Source of the DNA: a virus | Taxonomy: Duplodnaviria; Heunggongvirae; Uroviricota; Caudoviricetes | Reading direction: 5' to 3' (one strand) | IMG/VR virus record: IMGVR_UViG_3300027320_000003 | Location: 6,192-70,191 of that record | Length of the DNA: 64,000 nt | Shown here: positions 26,839 through 36,179 of the stretch, one piece after another | How the letters are laid out: every line of letters begins with the position of its first letter | Position numbering within the stretch: position 1 is the first letter of the stretch | The notes under the pieces: model-generated | Told to the model about the DNA's origin: nothing | Seen by the model: only the letters and a program-made list of their open reading frames with translations | Databases searched by the model: none | Position numbers and translations under genes: made by a program

Positions 26839-27603
26839 ATGAAAGAAGCTATGACAATTGAGCGAGACCTAATCGAGAAACTGTTCCATATGAGAACCTA
26901 CTCAGGTTGTGAGGAGGCAATGGTTCAGTGGATTATTAACGCTGTGCACACCAGACTGCCTGGTTGCAGTGTGCAACGGGATGAGATAGGCAATATTCTC
27001 GTAACTCGCGGACCTGGTCCATGGCCAATGGTTTGCTGCCACACGGACACCGTATTTAAGGAACCACCGAAGGAAGTTGTTTGGATTGGCTCAACCGCCA
27101 CTGGATTAGGTGAAACTGGCAGGCCTTGCGGATTAGGTGCAGACGATAAGTGCGGAATTTACGCCTGCCTTAAACTTCTCGAGTCGCATGATAACATCAA
27201 GGCCGCATTTTTTGTCGGCGAAGAAATCTACTGCATTGGGTCAAAGGCCGCACCAGAGGAGTGGTTTAAAGGTGTTCAGTACGCTATTGAGTACGACAGT
27301 CCTGGTATTGACACCGTGTCAATCTCAAACGACGGCACGATGCTATCTGATCCCGATGGAGAATTCTGGAGAATTGTACACCCACAGCTCGTCGGGTTTG
27401 GCATTACTAACTTCGCTCACCATCCGTGGACAGATACCGCAATCGTTCGTCGTCGTACCGGAGTGGCCTGCATTAATCTTCCCGCTGCCTACTATTACTA
27501 TCATACCAAGCATGAGACCATGGATATTAACGAACTTCACAGGTCAATCGAACTCGGGTCAAATCTCATTGGTCTGCTTGGTAACCATACGGAGTACCGG
27601 TAA
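26839..27603 (+). CDS. M20/M28-family Zn peptidase
   Basis: CHTDTV, LGADDKCG, FVGEEI, AIEYD, YYYYH motifs; TTACCA-N16-TATCCT-N5-ATG. Confidence 0.85.
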   Translation: MKEAMTIERDLIEKLFHMRTYSGCEEAMVQWIINAVHTRLPGCSVQRDEIGNILVTRGPGPWPMVCCHTDTVFKEPPKEVVWIGSTATGLGETGRPCGLGADDKCGIYACLKLLESHDNIKAAFFVGEEIYCIGSKAAPEEWFKGVQYAIEYDSPGIDTVSISNDGTMLSDPDGEFWRIVHPQLVGFGITNFAHHPWTDTAIVRRRTGVACINLPAAYYYYHTKHETMDINELHRSIELGSNLIGLLGNHTEYR

Positions 27604-27606
27604 CCC

Positions 27607-27948
27607 GTGAAAAAGACGAAGAAGTTACCAATTGAGATTACCCGCAAGGGCAGGGTATCAATTAACACGGAGCATGCGGTGCTGCTCTATCGATCTAAGA
27701 AGGTTATCCTATGCGATATTGACATCAAATCCAAGAATGCGGAGACAGGCGGGATTTGCTATGACCGTGGTTACGGACCAGAGATATTCCTAGATTGCGG
27801 CGAATACACTACGAACATGGACAAGAGGTACGCCTGTGGCTATACAGCCATCTATTTTCCAACGTTGGTTGGTTGGACCATTCGTGGATTTCAAATATCA
27901 GGCTACACCGTGCAATTGACATTTATTTCGCAAGAGATTGAGCGCTAG
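27607..27948 (+). CDS. Hypothetical protein
   Basis: 113-aa ORF. Confidence 0.55.
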   Translation: MKKTKKLPIEITRKGRVSINTEHAVLLYRSKKVILCDIDIKSKNAETGGICYDRGYGPEIFLDCGEYTTNMDKRYACGYTAIYFPTLVGWTIRGFQISGYTVQLTFISQEIER

Positions 27949-27962
27949 TTAGTTCTACCACC

Positions 27963-28901
27963 ATGGCGATCAAAAGTAACATCTCAGATTTCAGTCCATC
28001 CCGCGAGAAATACAAGCGCGATATCGATATTCCAAGCGGCCTATGGTACGCTAAGGACAAATTTCCAGACGGCAAGTTAACCGTGTTTCCATGGGACATG
28101 GACGTCAACAACCGTTTTATGAAGATTCTTAACCGGGTTAAGTCCAGTTCAATCCGCTGGCAGATTGAGATGATGCCACTCCTCGCCGATCTTAAGGGTC
28201 TTGAGCCGAAGAATTTTCTGGCCAATGAAACCGCCTTGGTAATGATGATTTCGCGCGCTCTTGTCGGCAACGGTAAGATTGAGGTTGAGATGACCTGCCC
28301 AGAGTGTGGACACGTTAACAAAGCAAAGCTAGACATCCCTGATAACCTTGAGCGCATTGGCGCAAAGCCGGCAGGTTACATTGGCTATGATGTTATCAGG
28401 CTTCCAAGCTGCGGTGACTATGTCGCTATTCGCCCACAAACGCTTGGGGATATTCTCGCCTGTGAGGAACGTGATACGCTCGGTGACTCTCTAAAGGGTG
28501 TTCAGATGCCACAGCCAGTCCTACAGAAGTTATACTGTGTCTATGGTGTTGGCACCTCAGCCGATGACCTCGGACGCCCAGACAATATCACCGAAGTTTT
28601 AAAATGGTTTAATAGCCTACCGCCATCTGATGCCGAGTGTTATTCAACCTCGTTTGAGGAGGTTCAACCAGGAGTATCGAGCGAGGTTAACTGGACCTGC
28701 GATTCGTGCGGTCACGAATTTACACATCGGCTAGAATTGAACCGCGACTTTTTTCGTCGACGCGTCACTCGGCCAGAGACTAGGGCACTGGACGAGGTTG
28801 TTCAACCTAGCGCAAATGAGCGAGGGAGCACTGACAGTGGAGTTGACGAGAGTACCAGCGGACGTCGTCGATCATTATCACGACCTCCAACTCGAGCTTA
28901 A
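27963..28901 (+). CDS. T4 gp26/gp51-like baseplate hub / tail assembly chaperone
   Basis: MTCPECGH and WTCDSCGH Zn ribbons and ...RDFF, where family members typically end; in-frame tail after FF looks non-functional. Confidence 0.7.
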   Translation: MAIKSNISDFSPSREKYKRDIDIPSGLWYAKDKFPDGKLTVFPWDMDVNNRFMKILNRVKSSSIRWQIEMMPLLADLKGLEPKNFLANETALVMMISRALVGNGKIEVEMTCPECGHVNKAKLDIPDNLERIGAKPAGYIGYDVIRLPSCGDYVAIRPQTLGDILACEERDTLGDSLKGVQMPQPVLQKLYCVYGVGTSADDLGRPDNITEVLKWFNSLPPSDAECYSTSFEEVQPGVSSEVNWTCDSCGHEFTHRLELNRDFFRRRVTRPETRALDEVVQPSANERGSTDSGVDESTSGRRRSLSRPPTRA

Positions 28902-28941
28902 CAAATACCGTGAACAGGAGCGCCGTAAGGCTGGATTATGA
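28750..28941 (+). CDS. +1-frame extension (small T/gp51-like domain) reachable by frameshift at TTTTTT 28749-54
   Basis: FFVDASLGQRLGHWTRLFNLAQMSEGALTVELTRVPADVVDHYHDLQLELNKYREQERRKAGL*; stop overlaps ATG of next ORF. Confidence 0.55.
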   Translation, partial: FFVDASLGQRLGHWTRLFNLAQMSEGALTVELTRVPADVVDHYHDLQLELNKYREQERRKAGL

Positions 28942-29090
28942 TGAGACACGAAAGACTGATTATTGAACTAGAGAACCTCTATCACAAACGGTCTGAATCA
29001 GCCGTCGGTACACCCGAGCGTGAAATCACTGAGACTGCCATTCACGAGAAACTCCGTGAACTTCGCGACGAGTTAATTAAGATTTTGTAG
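28938..29090 (+). CDS. 50-aa helical protein (below ORF-track cutoff)
   Basis: MMRHERLIIELENLYHKRSESAVG...ELIKIL*, coupled to the +1-frame stop. Confidence 0.5.
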   Translation: MMRHERLIIELENLYHKRSESAVGTPEREITETAIHEKLRELRDELIKIL

Positions 29091-30116
29091 GAGTTTTTTG
29101 ACAAGGCGTTTTGCTTCGTCAAGTACCGCCTTGTCAGCCACTTGCTGCGGGTATAGAATAGACAGCATCGTTCTAACATTTCTATCGATGTGGTGGTCGG
29201 TGATATTAAAGCCAACATTAAACTTAGCGCCTGAAACGCTGCGGCTATGCCGTACTGGTTGAACATAGATGATGTCACTGATTGAGGCGAAATGAATCCA
29301 AGTGCCATCGTCGATGGTTACTTCATAGTCCATGATGTTATACTCGCAACTCATTCCAAATGGCCTAACCTGATCAGCGATGCTTCTGGCGATTCTAGCG
29401 TAGATCTCCGATGCGATACTTGCCTCCGTCATTACGGCGCTACTCGAGGTCTCATCTGGATAGGTCTCTGCGATAATTTTGTCTATTGCCGCTTGAATCG
29501 TCAAGGCGTTATCAGTTCCATATATCGTAATGAACTTGTTTTCAAGCGCTAATTTTCCATCCCTCTGGGATTGGACATAGACATTCGATCCAACAGGTGT
29601 TAAGAAAACCGCGGATCCATCATTTATCATAACAGCCATACAGCTTGAATTCTCCGACGACTCAACACGGTCTATTTCAATTCCAGCGGCTATCATCGTT
29701 GTTTTAATCATCTCAAGGATCAACAGTACACGATCCTCCATCGGATTCATATGCCTCAGTTCTACGCCTTCAGCCATGATCTCGTGCTCCGCTGACTCGC
29801 TTGGAGCTATGACGGGTATCACCTTGTTCGCCCACGTCTCGTAGGATTTAGGATTGATCAAGAACGCGGCATTCGATATTGGTCGGCTATTAAAATTGTC
29901 GCCTAGATTCTTGTAAACATCTATGTAACCAACGGTTTGAAGTTGCATGATGCATACTTCGTACTCATTAACATGTAAGATATTCTCGTAGCTGGTAGGC
30001 GATTCCGGTTCGACGGCGGTGAATTTTATCCCGAGCTGGGACATCCTGTCGGTCAAATAGTCAACAAATCGTTGCTTGACTGGCTCGGACTCTAGAATTG
30101 ATTTGCTGGACCTCAT
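29073..30116 (-). CDS. Three-module tagged polyprotein
   Basis: IAPSESAEHEIMAE|G, TYPDETSSSAVMTE|A, LYPQQVADKAVLDE|AKRLVKKLLQNLN*. Confidence 0.75.
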   Translation of the reverse strand: MRSSKSILESEPVKQRFVDYLTDRMSQLGIKFTAVEPESPTSYENILHVNEYEVCIMQLQTVGYIDVYKNLGDNFNSRPISNAAFLINPKSYETWANKVIPVIAPSESAEHEIMAEGVELRHMNPMEDRVLLILEMIKTTMIAAGIEIDRVESSENSSCMAVMINDGSAVFLTPVGSNVYVQSQRDGKLALENKFITIYGTDNALTIQAAIDKIIAETYPDETSSSAVMTEASIASEIYARIARSIADQVRPFGMSCEYNIMDYEVTIDDGTWIHFASISDIIYVQPVRHSRSVSGAKFNVGFNITDHHIDRNVRTMLSILYPQQVADKAVLDEAKRLVKKLLQNLN

Positions 30117-30132
30117 ATTTCCAGCGGTGGTA

Positions 30133-30384
30133 TTATTTAACGCGATAGAGCACGTTCAAGGACATATTGTACTTGGCGCCGTTTGCCAATTCAACTTCAC
30201 CAACGTTTCCATTGATGGATTTGATCTTACCCTTAACTCCAGCGATCTGGTAGGTAGGATCGTCAGCAACACAAACTTCATCACCAACTTTAAAGTTGAT
30301 ACCAACGCTTTCATTCATTGCGCGCTCGACTGAGGCGGCGTCGTTAGGTTTCACTGTTTTGATGATTTCTAAAATGTTGTTCAT
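30133..30384 (-). CDS. Small SH3/KOW-like protein, probably virion
   Basis: FKVGDEVCV...KGKIKSI...EVEL; AMNE|S site; ATAATTAT motif upstream. Confidence 0.6.
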   Translation of the reverse strand: MNNILEIIKTVKPNDAASVERAMNESVGINFKVGDEVCVADDPTYQIAGVKGKIKSINGNVGEVELANGAKYNMSLNVLYRVK

Positions 30385-30403
30385 ATGATGTCTCTTGTTA
30401 TAA

Positions 30404-30811
30404 TTATACCAGTTGTTGTTTCTCTTCCACCTCGGAACACATTTTCACAATACGGTTCAAGGATTCTATGCTCCGTCTCTTGCTTAGGATAAGATCAAAT
30501 TTATAGTAGTTGTAGTACGGTAAGAAATCGTCATCTTCGCTACCTGTAAATAGGACGGTCACAGCGTTTGGATCGCTCTCCTTAATCATCAATCCGAGAA
30601 TCTCACCACCGATGCTGCCGGGCATGACGAGGTCAATAATAAAGACGTGGAACCTCTCAGGAGCGTCATGGAGAACGTTGAGTGCATCTTTTGCGCAATT
30701 CACCGCGCACACCTCGGCTCTGCCGCTAAATTTGCTCCTGATCATCTGTTCAAGCATGTCACGACAACCATTGTCGTCATCAACAATCATGACTCTCATC
30801 TTAGGATCCAA
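30404..30811 (-). CDS. CheY-like response-regulator receiver domain
   Basis: VMIVDDD, IIDLVMPG (phospho-Asp), LFTG (Thr), LSK (Lys). Confidence 0.85.
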   Translation of the reverse strand: MDPKMRVMIVDDDNGCRDMLEQMIRSKFSGRAEVCAVNCAKDALNVLHDAPERFHVFIIDLVMPGSIGGEILGLMIKESDPNAVTVLFTGSEDDDFLPYYNYYKFDLILSKRRSIESLNRIVKMCSEVEEKQQLV

Positions 30812-31310
30812 TTTGTCGCATCTTCTCGCGGATGCTCTCTATTTCGCTGTTAAGGTTAGCGCGGCGATCGTCGGCTTCGCCGCAAACACGGTAAACCTCT
30901 TCGATCTTATCCTCGCGTTTAAATTGTCTATAAACTTCAATGAGCTGCGTACGTAGGAATGAGCTGGTCTCGTTGACGACAGCGGACTCAATCTGTGATA
31001 TCTCCATCATCTTACTAAGAAGAGTATTCTTTGCGTTTACCTTCTCGATTGTTCCTTGGAGCGTCAAGATGAGCTTCTTTGCAACCTCTAACTCGTCCTT
31101 AGTGGATTTAAGATCCCGCCGTATTTCATCTCTAAACTCGGCGTTGGCCTTCATGATGCTTGAGAATTGGTCTAGTTGTGTAACGGCCTGGTCACGCTTC
31201 TCCTCCTTTGCTACTGTCTTAGATGTTGCTCGATAGGCAAACGCCCCGCCTGCGACCCCTACGATCAACGTAACAACTTGTCCAGCAATAGCACTCCACT
31301 CTTCATTCAT
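30801..31310 (-). CDS. Single-TM coiled-coil protein (holin/antiholin-like architecture)
   Basis: WSAIAGQVVTLIVGVAGGAFAY then heptad-rich helix; GTATTTAA motif upstream. Confidence 0.55.
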   Translation of the reverse strand: MNEEWSAIAGQVVTLIVGVAGGAFAYRATSKTVAKEEKRDQAVTQLDQFSSIMKANAEFRDEIRRDLKSTKDELEVAKKLILTLQGTIEKVNAKNTLLSKMMEISQIESAVVNETSSFLRTQLIEVYRQFKREDKIEEVYRVCGEADDRRANLNSEIESIREKMRQIGS

Positions 31311-31348
31311 TCTGGTTTAAATACAGTCGCAGAAGTGTTCTTTTGTAT

Positions 31349-31588
31349 ATGAACGACCAAAGCGATAACAGCGTAGAAATAATGGCACAGACAGAGCGTC
31401 TTCAGGCGCGCAACCTCCAACTAGCGCGCATAGGATATCCACTGTGCGATATAGCAAAGGTTCTCAAAGACTCGCTAGACCTTAACGCCGAGTACGCCAG
31501 GCATACCATATCCCTACACGGAGTTATAGCGTCACAGGTTGACCAGTCCCATGTGAATCTCGGCCAAGTTCCAATGTCCGCGCCGTAG
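31349..31588 (+). CDS. Hypothetical protein
   Basis: GTTCT-N7-ATG. Confidence 0.5.
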   Translation: MNDQSDNSVEIMAQTERLQARNLQLARIGYPLCDIAKVLKDSLDLNAEYARHTISLHGVIASQVDQSHVNLGQVPMSAP

Positions 31589-31596
31589 TTAATCAA

Positions 31597-32394
31597 ATGC
31601 CGAATTACCAATCAACTGAATTACCAATCACGATCATCGGTAATCCAGGACGTCGACCACTAACCAACAGTAGCCTATCGCCAGATAGTCTACCGCAAAA
31701 AGGTTATACCGTTGACCAATTGGCAGCGTATATCATCCGGCAACTCGGTGGACCAGTGTGGACTGTGGAACTGACAAAGCAGCAGATTGTTGATTGCATT
31801 CTTGACTCACTTAACATGTACAGCATTTGGCGTCCACAGATTGGCTGGACAGCCTGCCAATTGCGCCGTGACTCAACATCCTACCTCATTGGCGTTGACG
31901 TTGGCCAGGGTGTAGTCAGAGTTGATTTCGTCGAAACGCGACCAGCTCCAACTGAAATTTTCTATGGTAACCTAATCTCGCCGGCACCGGTGATGGTTCG
32001 TGGTATGGACGACTATGACACCTTCCTACGCTGGCGATCAACATGGATGCGCGTTACCTCCATTAAACCTGATTGGACATACGATGATATTGAAGGTTGT
32101 CTCCGGATTCATAACCCAATCGAGAAATACACCGCCGGAATTCAATGTTACTACTCCTACTCTGAGACCTCGTGGTTGGATGACTACGGTGCAGTGTGGG
32201 TAAAGGACATGGCTCTCGAGAAATCACGCTATCTCTATGGTGAAATTATCATGAAGTATAGCGGATCCCTACCAGGGCCGGCCAAAGATATTCAGATGGA
32301 TCAGCAGAAACGCCAGATTGCCCAGGAGCGCATGGACAAACTTACCGCCCAGCTCCAAGGTGCCCAAATTAGCACCCCAGCACAAACCGATTAA
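31597..32394 (+). CDS. Neck / head-completion protein (T4 gp13-like)
   Basis: YIIRQLGGPVWTVELTKQQIVDCI...WVKDMALEKSRYLYGEIIMKYSG-LPG. Confidence 0.8.
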   Translation: MPNYQSTELPITIIGNPGRRPLTNSSLSPDSLPQKGYTVDQLAAYIIRQLGGPVWTVELTKQQIVDCILDSLNMYSIWRPQIGWTACQLRRDSTSYLIGVDVGQGVVRVDFVETRPAPTEIFYGNLISPAPVMVRGMDDYDTFLRWRSTWMRVTSIKPDWTYDDIEGCLRIHNPIEKYTAGIQCYYSYSETSWLDDYGAVWVKDMALEKSRYLYGEIIMKYSGSLPGPAKDIQMDQQKRQIAQERMDKLTAQLQGAQISTPAQTD

Positions 32395-32433
32395 GAAGCT
32401 TTCCACGGATCATGGCCCGTGTATTCTCCAGCC

Positions 32434-32991
32434 ATGCAATTCTTCGCTGAAATCAATGGTAACAGCCTTGGGACATACGATAACCCTGTTCCAATCTGGG
32501 AAAAGATTAAAAACCGGCGCTCAAGCAACGGCACCACCTACAACCTCGCCGTTAAAGAGAACCTGGACGATCCAGAGCGAATCAACCTAGTTGCCCTATG
32601 GCACAAGAGCGTTAAGCATCTCTCAGGCATGATTGGCGAAGCTCCAACCAGTAACCGCAACAGGATTTGGCAGAGGTATATGAAGCGGGTGGTTGACAGC
32701 GAGCATGACGAAGCTGATGTTGATGTAAATCTCATCATCAACAATTACCTTGGCCAGAATGACATCTGGCTGCAATGGGACCAACAGAACGATGCTTGGT
32801 GCATACCATATGCATATAGCACACCAGACCAGGCCATGGCAGTATATCTCCGGCTTGTTAACAGCATTGAATGGGTTAAACGGTACACCGGTGGAACACG
32901 CCTCAGTGGAAATAGCCACATCTCCAAGAGGAATTTCGACGCTATTACGCTGAAGATTGAGAATCCAATCGTGGTTAAGAGAAGGTTCTAG
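32434..32991 (+). CDS. Hypothetical protein (leaderless start)
   Basis: TTTCCA 32400-05, N16, TATTCT, N6, ATG 32434. Confidence 0.65.
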   Translation: MQFFAEINGNSLGTYDNPVPIWEKIKNRRSSNGTTYNLAVKENLDDPERINLVALWHKSVKHLSGMIGEAPTSNRNRIWQRYMKRVVDSEHDEADVDVNLIINNYLGQNDIWLQWDQQNDAWCIPYAYSTPDQAMAVYLRLVNSIEWVKRYTGGTRLSGNSHISKRNFDAITLKIENPIVVKRRF

Positions 32992-32995
32992 TCAC

Positions 32996-33190
32996 ATGAA
33001 ATATTACACGCCGTTCTTAGTTCCAACGCTGCTGATGTCGCTGCTTAAAATCGGCGGTTATCTTAGCCTAGGTTGGAAGTGGGTGCTACTACCAATTCTT
33101 ATTCCCATCGCTGTTCAACTGTCCTTCCTGGCGATAGGGGTGCTCGTGCTCGTCGCTATGATGGTCCTTGTCTATTTTAACGAGTTATAA
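32996..33190 (+). CDS. Small 2-TM membrane protein
   Basis: LLKIGGYLSLGWKWVLLPILIP pattern; GTTCT-N6-ATG. Confidence 0.6.
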   Translation: MKYYTPFLVPTLLMSLLKIGGYLSLGWKWVLLPILIPIAVQLSFLAIGVLVLVAMMVLVYFNEL

Positions 33191-33193
33191 CCT

Positions 33194-33376
33194 ATGGACG
33201 AAAAACCACGACACATTTGCAAGATCTTCTGGAAGGGTCAGGATCGAATCATCGACTCCCACGAGGACTCAAATGCCATATTGATTACCGCTAATGGCAT
33301 ACCACTAGACCATAACGACCAGCTCTTTCAATATCTCATGAAGGAAGGTTTTCTGGACGGAGTCACGGATGCCTGA
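33194..33376 (+). CDS. Small hypothetical protein
   Basis: 60-aa ORF, ATGA-type overlap with Fpg gene. Confidence 0.5.
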   Translation: MDEKPRHICKIFWKGQDRIIDSHEDSNAILITANGIPLDHNDQLFQYLMKEGFLDGVTDA

Positions 33377-34151
33377 GGTAGCTGAGGCGGCGTGTTTCGC
33401 GGACAAGGTTAGATCGTTCAATGGTTGCACATTAGACAGTGTCCAATACGGTGCTCTATATTCGCGACCAAAATCTGACCGAGGTCGTACCGTACGGGCC
33501 GGCTGGAAAATAAGCTCCATCTTCTCGTACGGTAAATCAGTCTATATCTGTAGCGAAGACGACGATATTCTGACGATCCGGTGGAACATTCGATTTCAAT
33601 TTGGCATGAGTGGTAGCCTAGCGGTTATTGCACCAGACCAGTTTCTTCCAATTCATACCCATGCCATTCTCTATTTCAGTGATGGTCAGAGAATCGCCTA
33701 CGTTGATCCACGCCGGTTTGGCCGAGTGTCATATACGCAGACTCCGAAGACGGTATTTCGCCTTGTCGCATGCCCACTTCATGATAAGGCAACAGACTTA
33801 TTTTCAAGGTTAGCGGCGGCCCAAACATACCGGCCGCACTATTCGATATCTAGAGCGCTGATGAGCCAGAGGTATGTCTACTGTGGAAACTATATGAAGA
33901 GTGACGCGCTGGCCATAGCTGACATCCACCCGTCTACTAATGTATCAGACATCGATGATAGACGCCTTATGAATCTAGCGCATGCGTTAGTGGAGGTTAC
34001 AAGGAAGAGTTATGAGGCAGGCGGGCACACCATCCATACCTACAGAGGTGGAGGTTACGAGCCCGTGATTTACGGGAGAAAAGAATATAGGGGTGTTGCC
34101 GTCAAAAAATTAAAGACCGATGACGGTCGGTCTAGTTACACAATTCTCTAG
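33369..34151 (+). CDS. mutM: Fpg/Nei-family DNA glycosylase/AP lyase (zincless finger)
   Basis: N-terminal MPE, FGMSG, YVDPRRFG, H2TH GNYMKSDAL, C-terminal DGRSSY without Cys4. Confidence 0.85.
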   Translation: MPEVAEAACFADKVRSFNGCTLDSVQYGALYSRPKSDRGRTVRAGWKISSIFSYGKSVYICSEDDDILTIRWNIRFQFGMSGSLAVIAPDQFLPIHTHAILYFSDGQRIAYVDPRRFGRVSYTQTPKTVFRLVACPLHDKATDLFSRLAAAQTYRPHYSISRALMSQRYVYCGNYMKSDALAIADIHPSTNVSDIDDRRLMNLAHALVEVTRKSYEAGGHTIHTYRGGGYEPVIYGRKEYRGVAVKKLKTDDGRSSYTIL

Positions 34152-34289
34152 CGTTTCTGGTCTCCGCTCTTCGAACTTACTTTTTGCATCTCATTCGCGA
34201 GTACACGGAGTTTGGGCTCCGTAACGGGAACTTTGAAGGTTTCGTACAGATGGCGCAGGTCTTTTAACATATGGATTCCTTTGGTTGGG

Positions 34290-34565
34290 CTATCCAGCCA
34301 GATAGGCTGATATTAAGAGTTTCCTACTCCTCTGCTCCGATCGGAGTTGCTTGACATAGGAAACAAAAAGAGCGTTGCTAGTGCCAGACATAGATCTGGC
34401 TATCGAAGTGATTCCGCGGTTAATGGCGTCTGGCATACTCTTAGCGTAGAACGCCTTTCGGAGAATTTCTTTGCCGTTTTTTCTGGCGACAACCACCCAG
34501 GGATCAGTGGATGAATCGCCGGGCATGTCGAATCCAGGTTGCGCGTCACCTTCTAGGATCTTCAT
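34290..34565 (-). CDS. Hypothetical protein
   Basis: 91-aa ORF coupled to upstream gene. Confidence 0.5.
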   Translation of the reverse strand: MKILEGDAQPGFDMPGDSSTDPWVVVARKNGKEILRKAFYAKSMPDAINRGITSIARSMSGTSNALFVSYVKQLRSEQRSRKLLISAYLAG

Positions 34566-34825
34566 ATGGTTGGGTCATCCGCACGTTTTACTCGAATATC
34601 GCGGTAATTCTTAATCGTTACTTCACTCCGCCAAAAATTCCAGCAATCGTCGAGTGCATTCTCAACTACATCCATATTGGCACCACGAAGCCTGAACCAT
34701 TGCCGGCATTCCTCGGCGTCAAGATCAAAGACTTCACCATTCTCGAGTGTCAGCTCAACCGTCTCACCACCCGGACAACCAGGCTCGCGGTACATCTTAA
34801 CAAGCATTGGTCCGGTAGTGCTCAT
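34562..34825 (-). CDS. Hypothetical protein
   Basis: 87-aa ORF. Confidence 0.55.
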   Translation of the reverse strand: MSTTGPMLVKMYREPGCPGGETVELTLENGEVFDLDAEECRQWFRLRGANMDVVENALDDCWNFWRSEVTIKNYRDIRVKRADDPTI

Positions 34826-35341
34826 CTAGTTTCCGAGTAGGTTTCTCATCGCAGAGCATACGGTGTGCGAACTCTTTGGATTAAAGTGGTATTTCGTCTC
34901 AAGGCTAGCAATCGATGCTGGATCAAAACTCGTGATTAAACTGCCATCCGCGCCGGCTCCCATCGACTCCATAGTTCTCTTGGCCAATTCAACAGGGTTA
35001 ACGTTTGGAACGGGTGATGGATTTTGAACTGTTCGCGTCGGTGTTTGTGGGTTATTTCTACCGAGAACAGTGTCAAGAGCAGGACTATGAACAACAGTCT
35101 GCGCTGGCGCCAATGGAACATCCCAGCTTGGTGTGCAATTCGGTGGTGACAGGCTCCAGGTTGTGCTCATCAGATCCGGGGTAGTTGGACGTTCGTCCTT
35201 CTTAAATTCCTGGTCGTTACTCAATCCAATGGCCTGATCCGCTAATTCAACACCCTTAACCTCAGCCGCGTCATTTGGGATAATAGACGTCTTTTTACTG
35301 CCGGTGGCGTTTTCGCAAAGTTTTTTAATTAAATCACTCAC
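34826..35341 (-). CDS. Pro-rich hypothetical protein, probably head-internal
   Basis: LIKKLCE|N start; GTATTTAT motif + AACAAGAG leader. Confidence 0.6.
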   Translation of the reverse strand: MSDLIKKLCENATGSKKTSIIPNDAAEVKGVELADQAIGLSNDQEFKKDERPTTPDLMSTTWSLSPPNCTPSWDVPLAPAQTVVHSPALDTVLGRNNPQTPTRTVQNPSPVPNVNPVELAKRTMESMGAGADGSLITSFDPASIASLETKYHFNPKSSHTVCSAMRNLLGN

Positions 35342-35387
35342 ATTGTACCTCTTGTTATAAATACAGCGCGCTATGTATTCTTAAGGT

Positions 35388-36173
35388 ATGTCGCGCCTCT
35401 TATCTATCTTGACCTACAACCGATATAGTTCATTAGACCACCTGCTTGACACGGTGCCAAAGGGTTACTACGACGAGGTTAGAATCTACGACGACGCATC
35501 TTTTCAGGAAAATGGGCAATCTCATTACCGTAAAGAACCGCCGATTCACATTGGATATAATTACGAGCTATGGAATTACCGTGGAGCAACCATCCGGTTA
35601 AACCTGACTAATGTAGGCGTGGCTGGCAATAGCAACCTAGCCCTGAAGGATTGGAGCCTATCAGACCATAACGAGATTCACCTCCTAAACGACGACATCG
35701 AATTTATTGGTGTTCCACGTAGGATAGACTACTCCGAGTGCAAACTGTGGCTATTGAACCAAACAGCGTTTGAGGCTGAGGAGGACCACGGAGATTACAT
35801 TATACCGACACAGATATTCGGTGGCGCTCTCCTGATGACCCGAGAGGTGCTTGACTGCATTGGGTACATGGATACAAAATTTGGCCGATTTGGCTTTGAG
35901 CACATTGATTATACAAACCGTGCAATGTTCTCTGGGCTAACAAACATTAATGGAGTTTCACGGCGTGGCCCAAGCCTAAAGGATGGCGAGAGCGGATTCA
36001 GATATACCGATGTTCAACCGTCTGTCCTTGGAGATGAGCGGCTGTCACTCGAGGATCATAGCAGACGGGCTATGCAATCCACCGATTACATCACCTCTGG
36101 TTTCTACCGTGCATGCCGATTCTACCCGGAGATCATCGCCGGCAATAGTTGTCGCGCCGTAGCCTCCGCCTAA
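35388..36173 (+). CDS. Glycosyltransferase family 2
   Basis: ILTYNR, YDDAS, NVGVAGNSN, LLNDD, IGYMDTKFGRFGFEHIDY. Confidence 0.85.
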   Translation: MSRLLSILTYNRYSSLDHLLDTVPKGYYDEVRIYDDASFQENGQSHYRKEPPIHIGYNYELWNYRGATIRLNLTNVGVAGNSNLALKDWSLSDHNEIHLLNDDIEFIGVPRRIDYSECKLWLLNQTAFEAEEDHGDYIIPTQIFGGALLMTREVLDCIGYMDTKFGRFGFEHIDYTNRAMFSGLTNINGVSRRGPSLKDGESGFRYTDVQPSVLGDERLSLEDHSRRAMQSTDYITSGFYRACRFYPEIIAGNSCRAVASA

Positions 36174-36179
36174 CAAAAA

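Noticed and set aside
28755-28901. Zero-frame C-terminal 48 aa of the hub chaperone as a real domain
   Set aside because: Low-complexity, R/S-rich and overlapping a better +1-frame coding segment
35356-35363. T4-type late promoter TATAAATA for the GT2 gene
   Set aside because: Better explained as the reverse complement of the class C motif for the divergent gene; GT2 has its own TATTCT-N6-ATG
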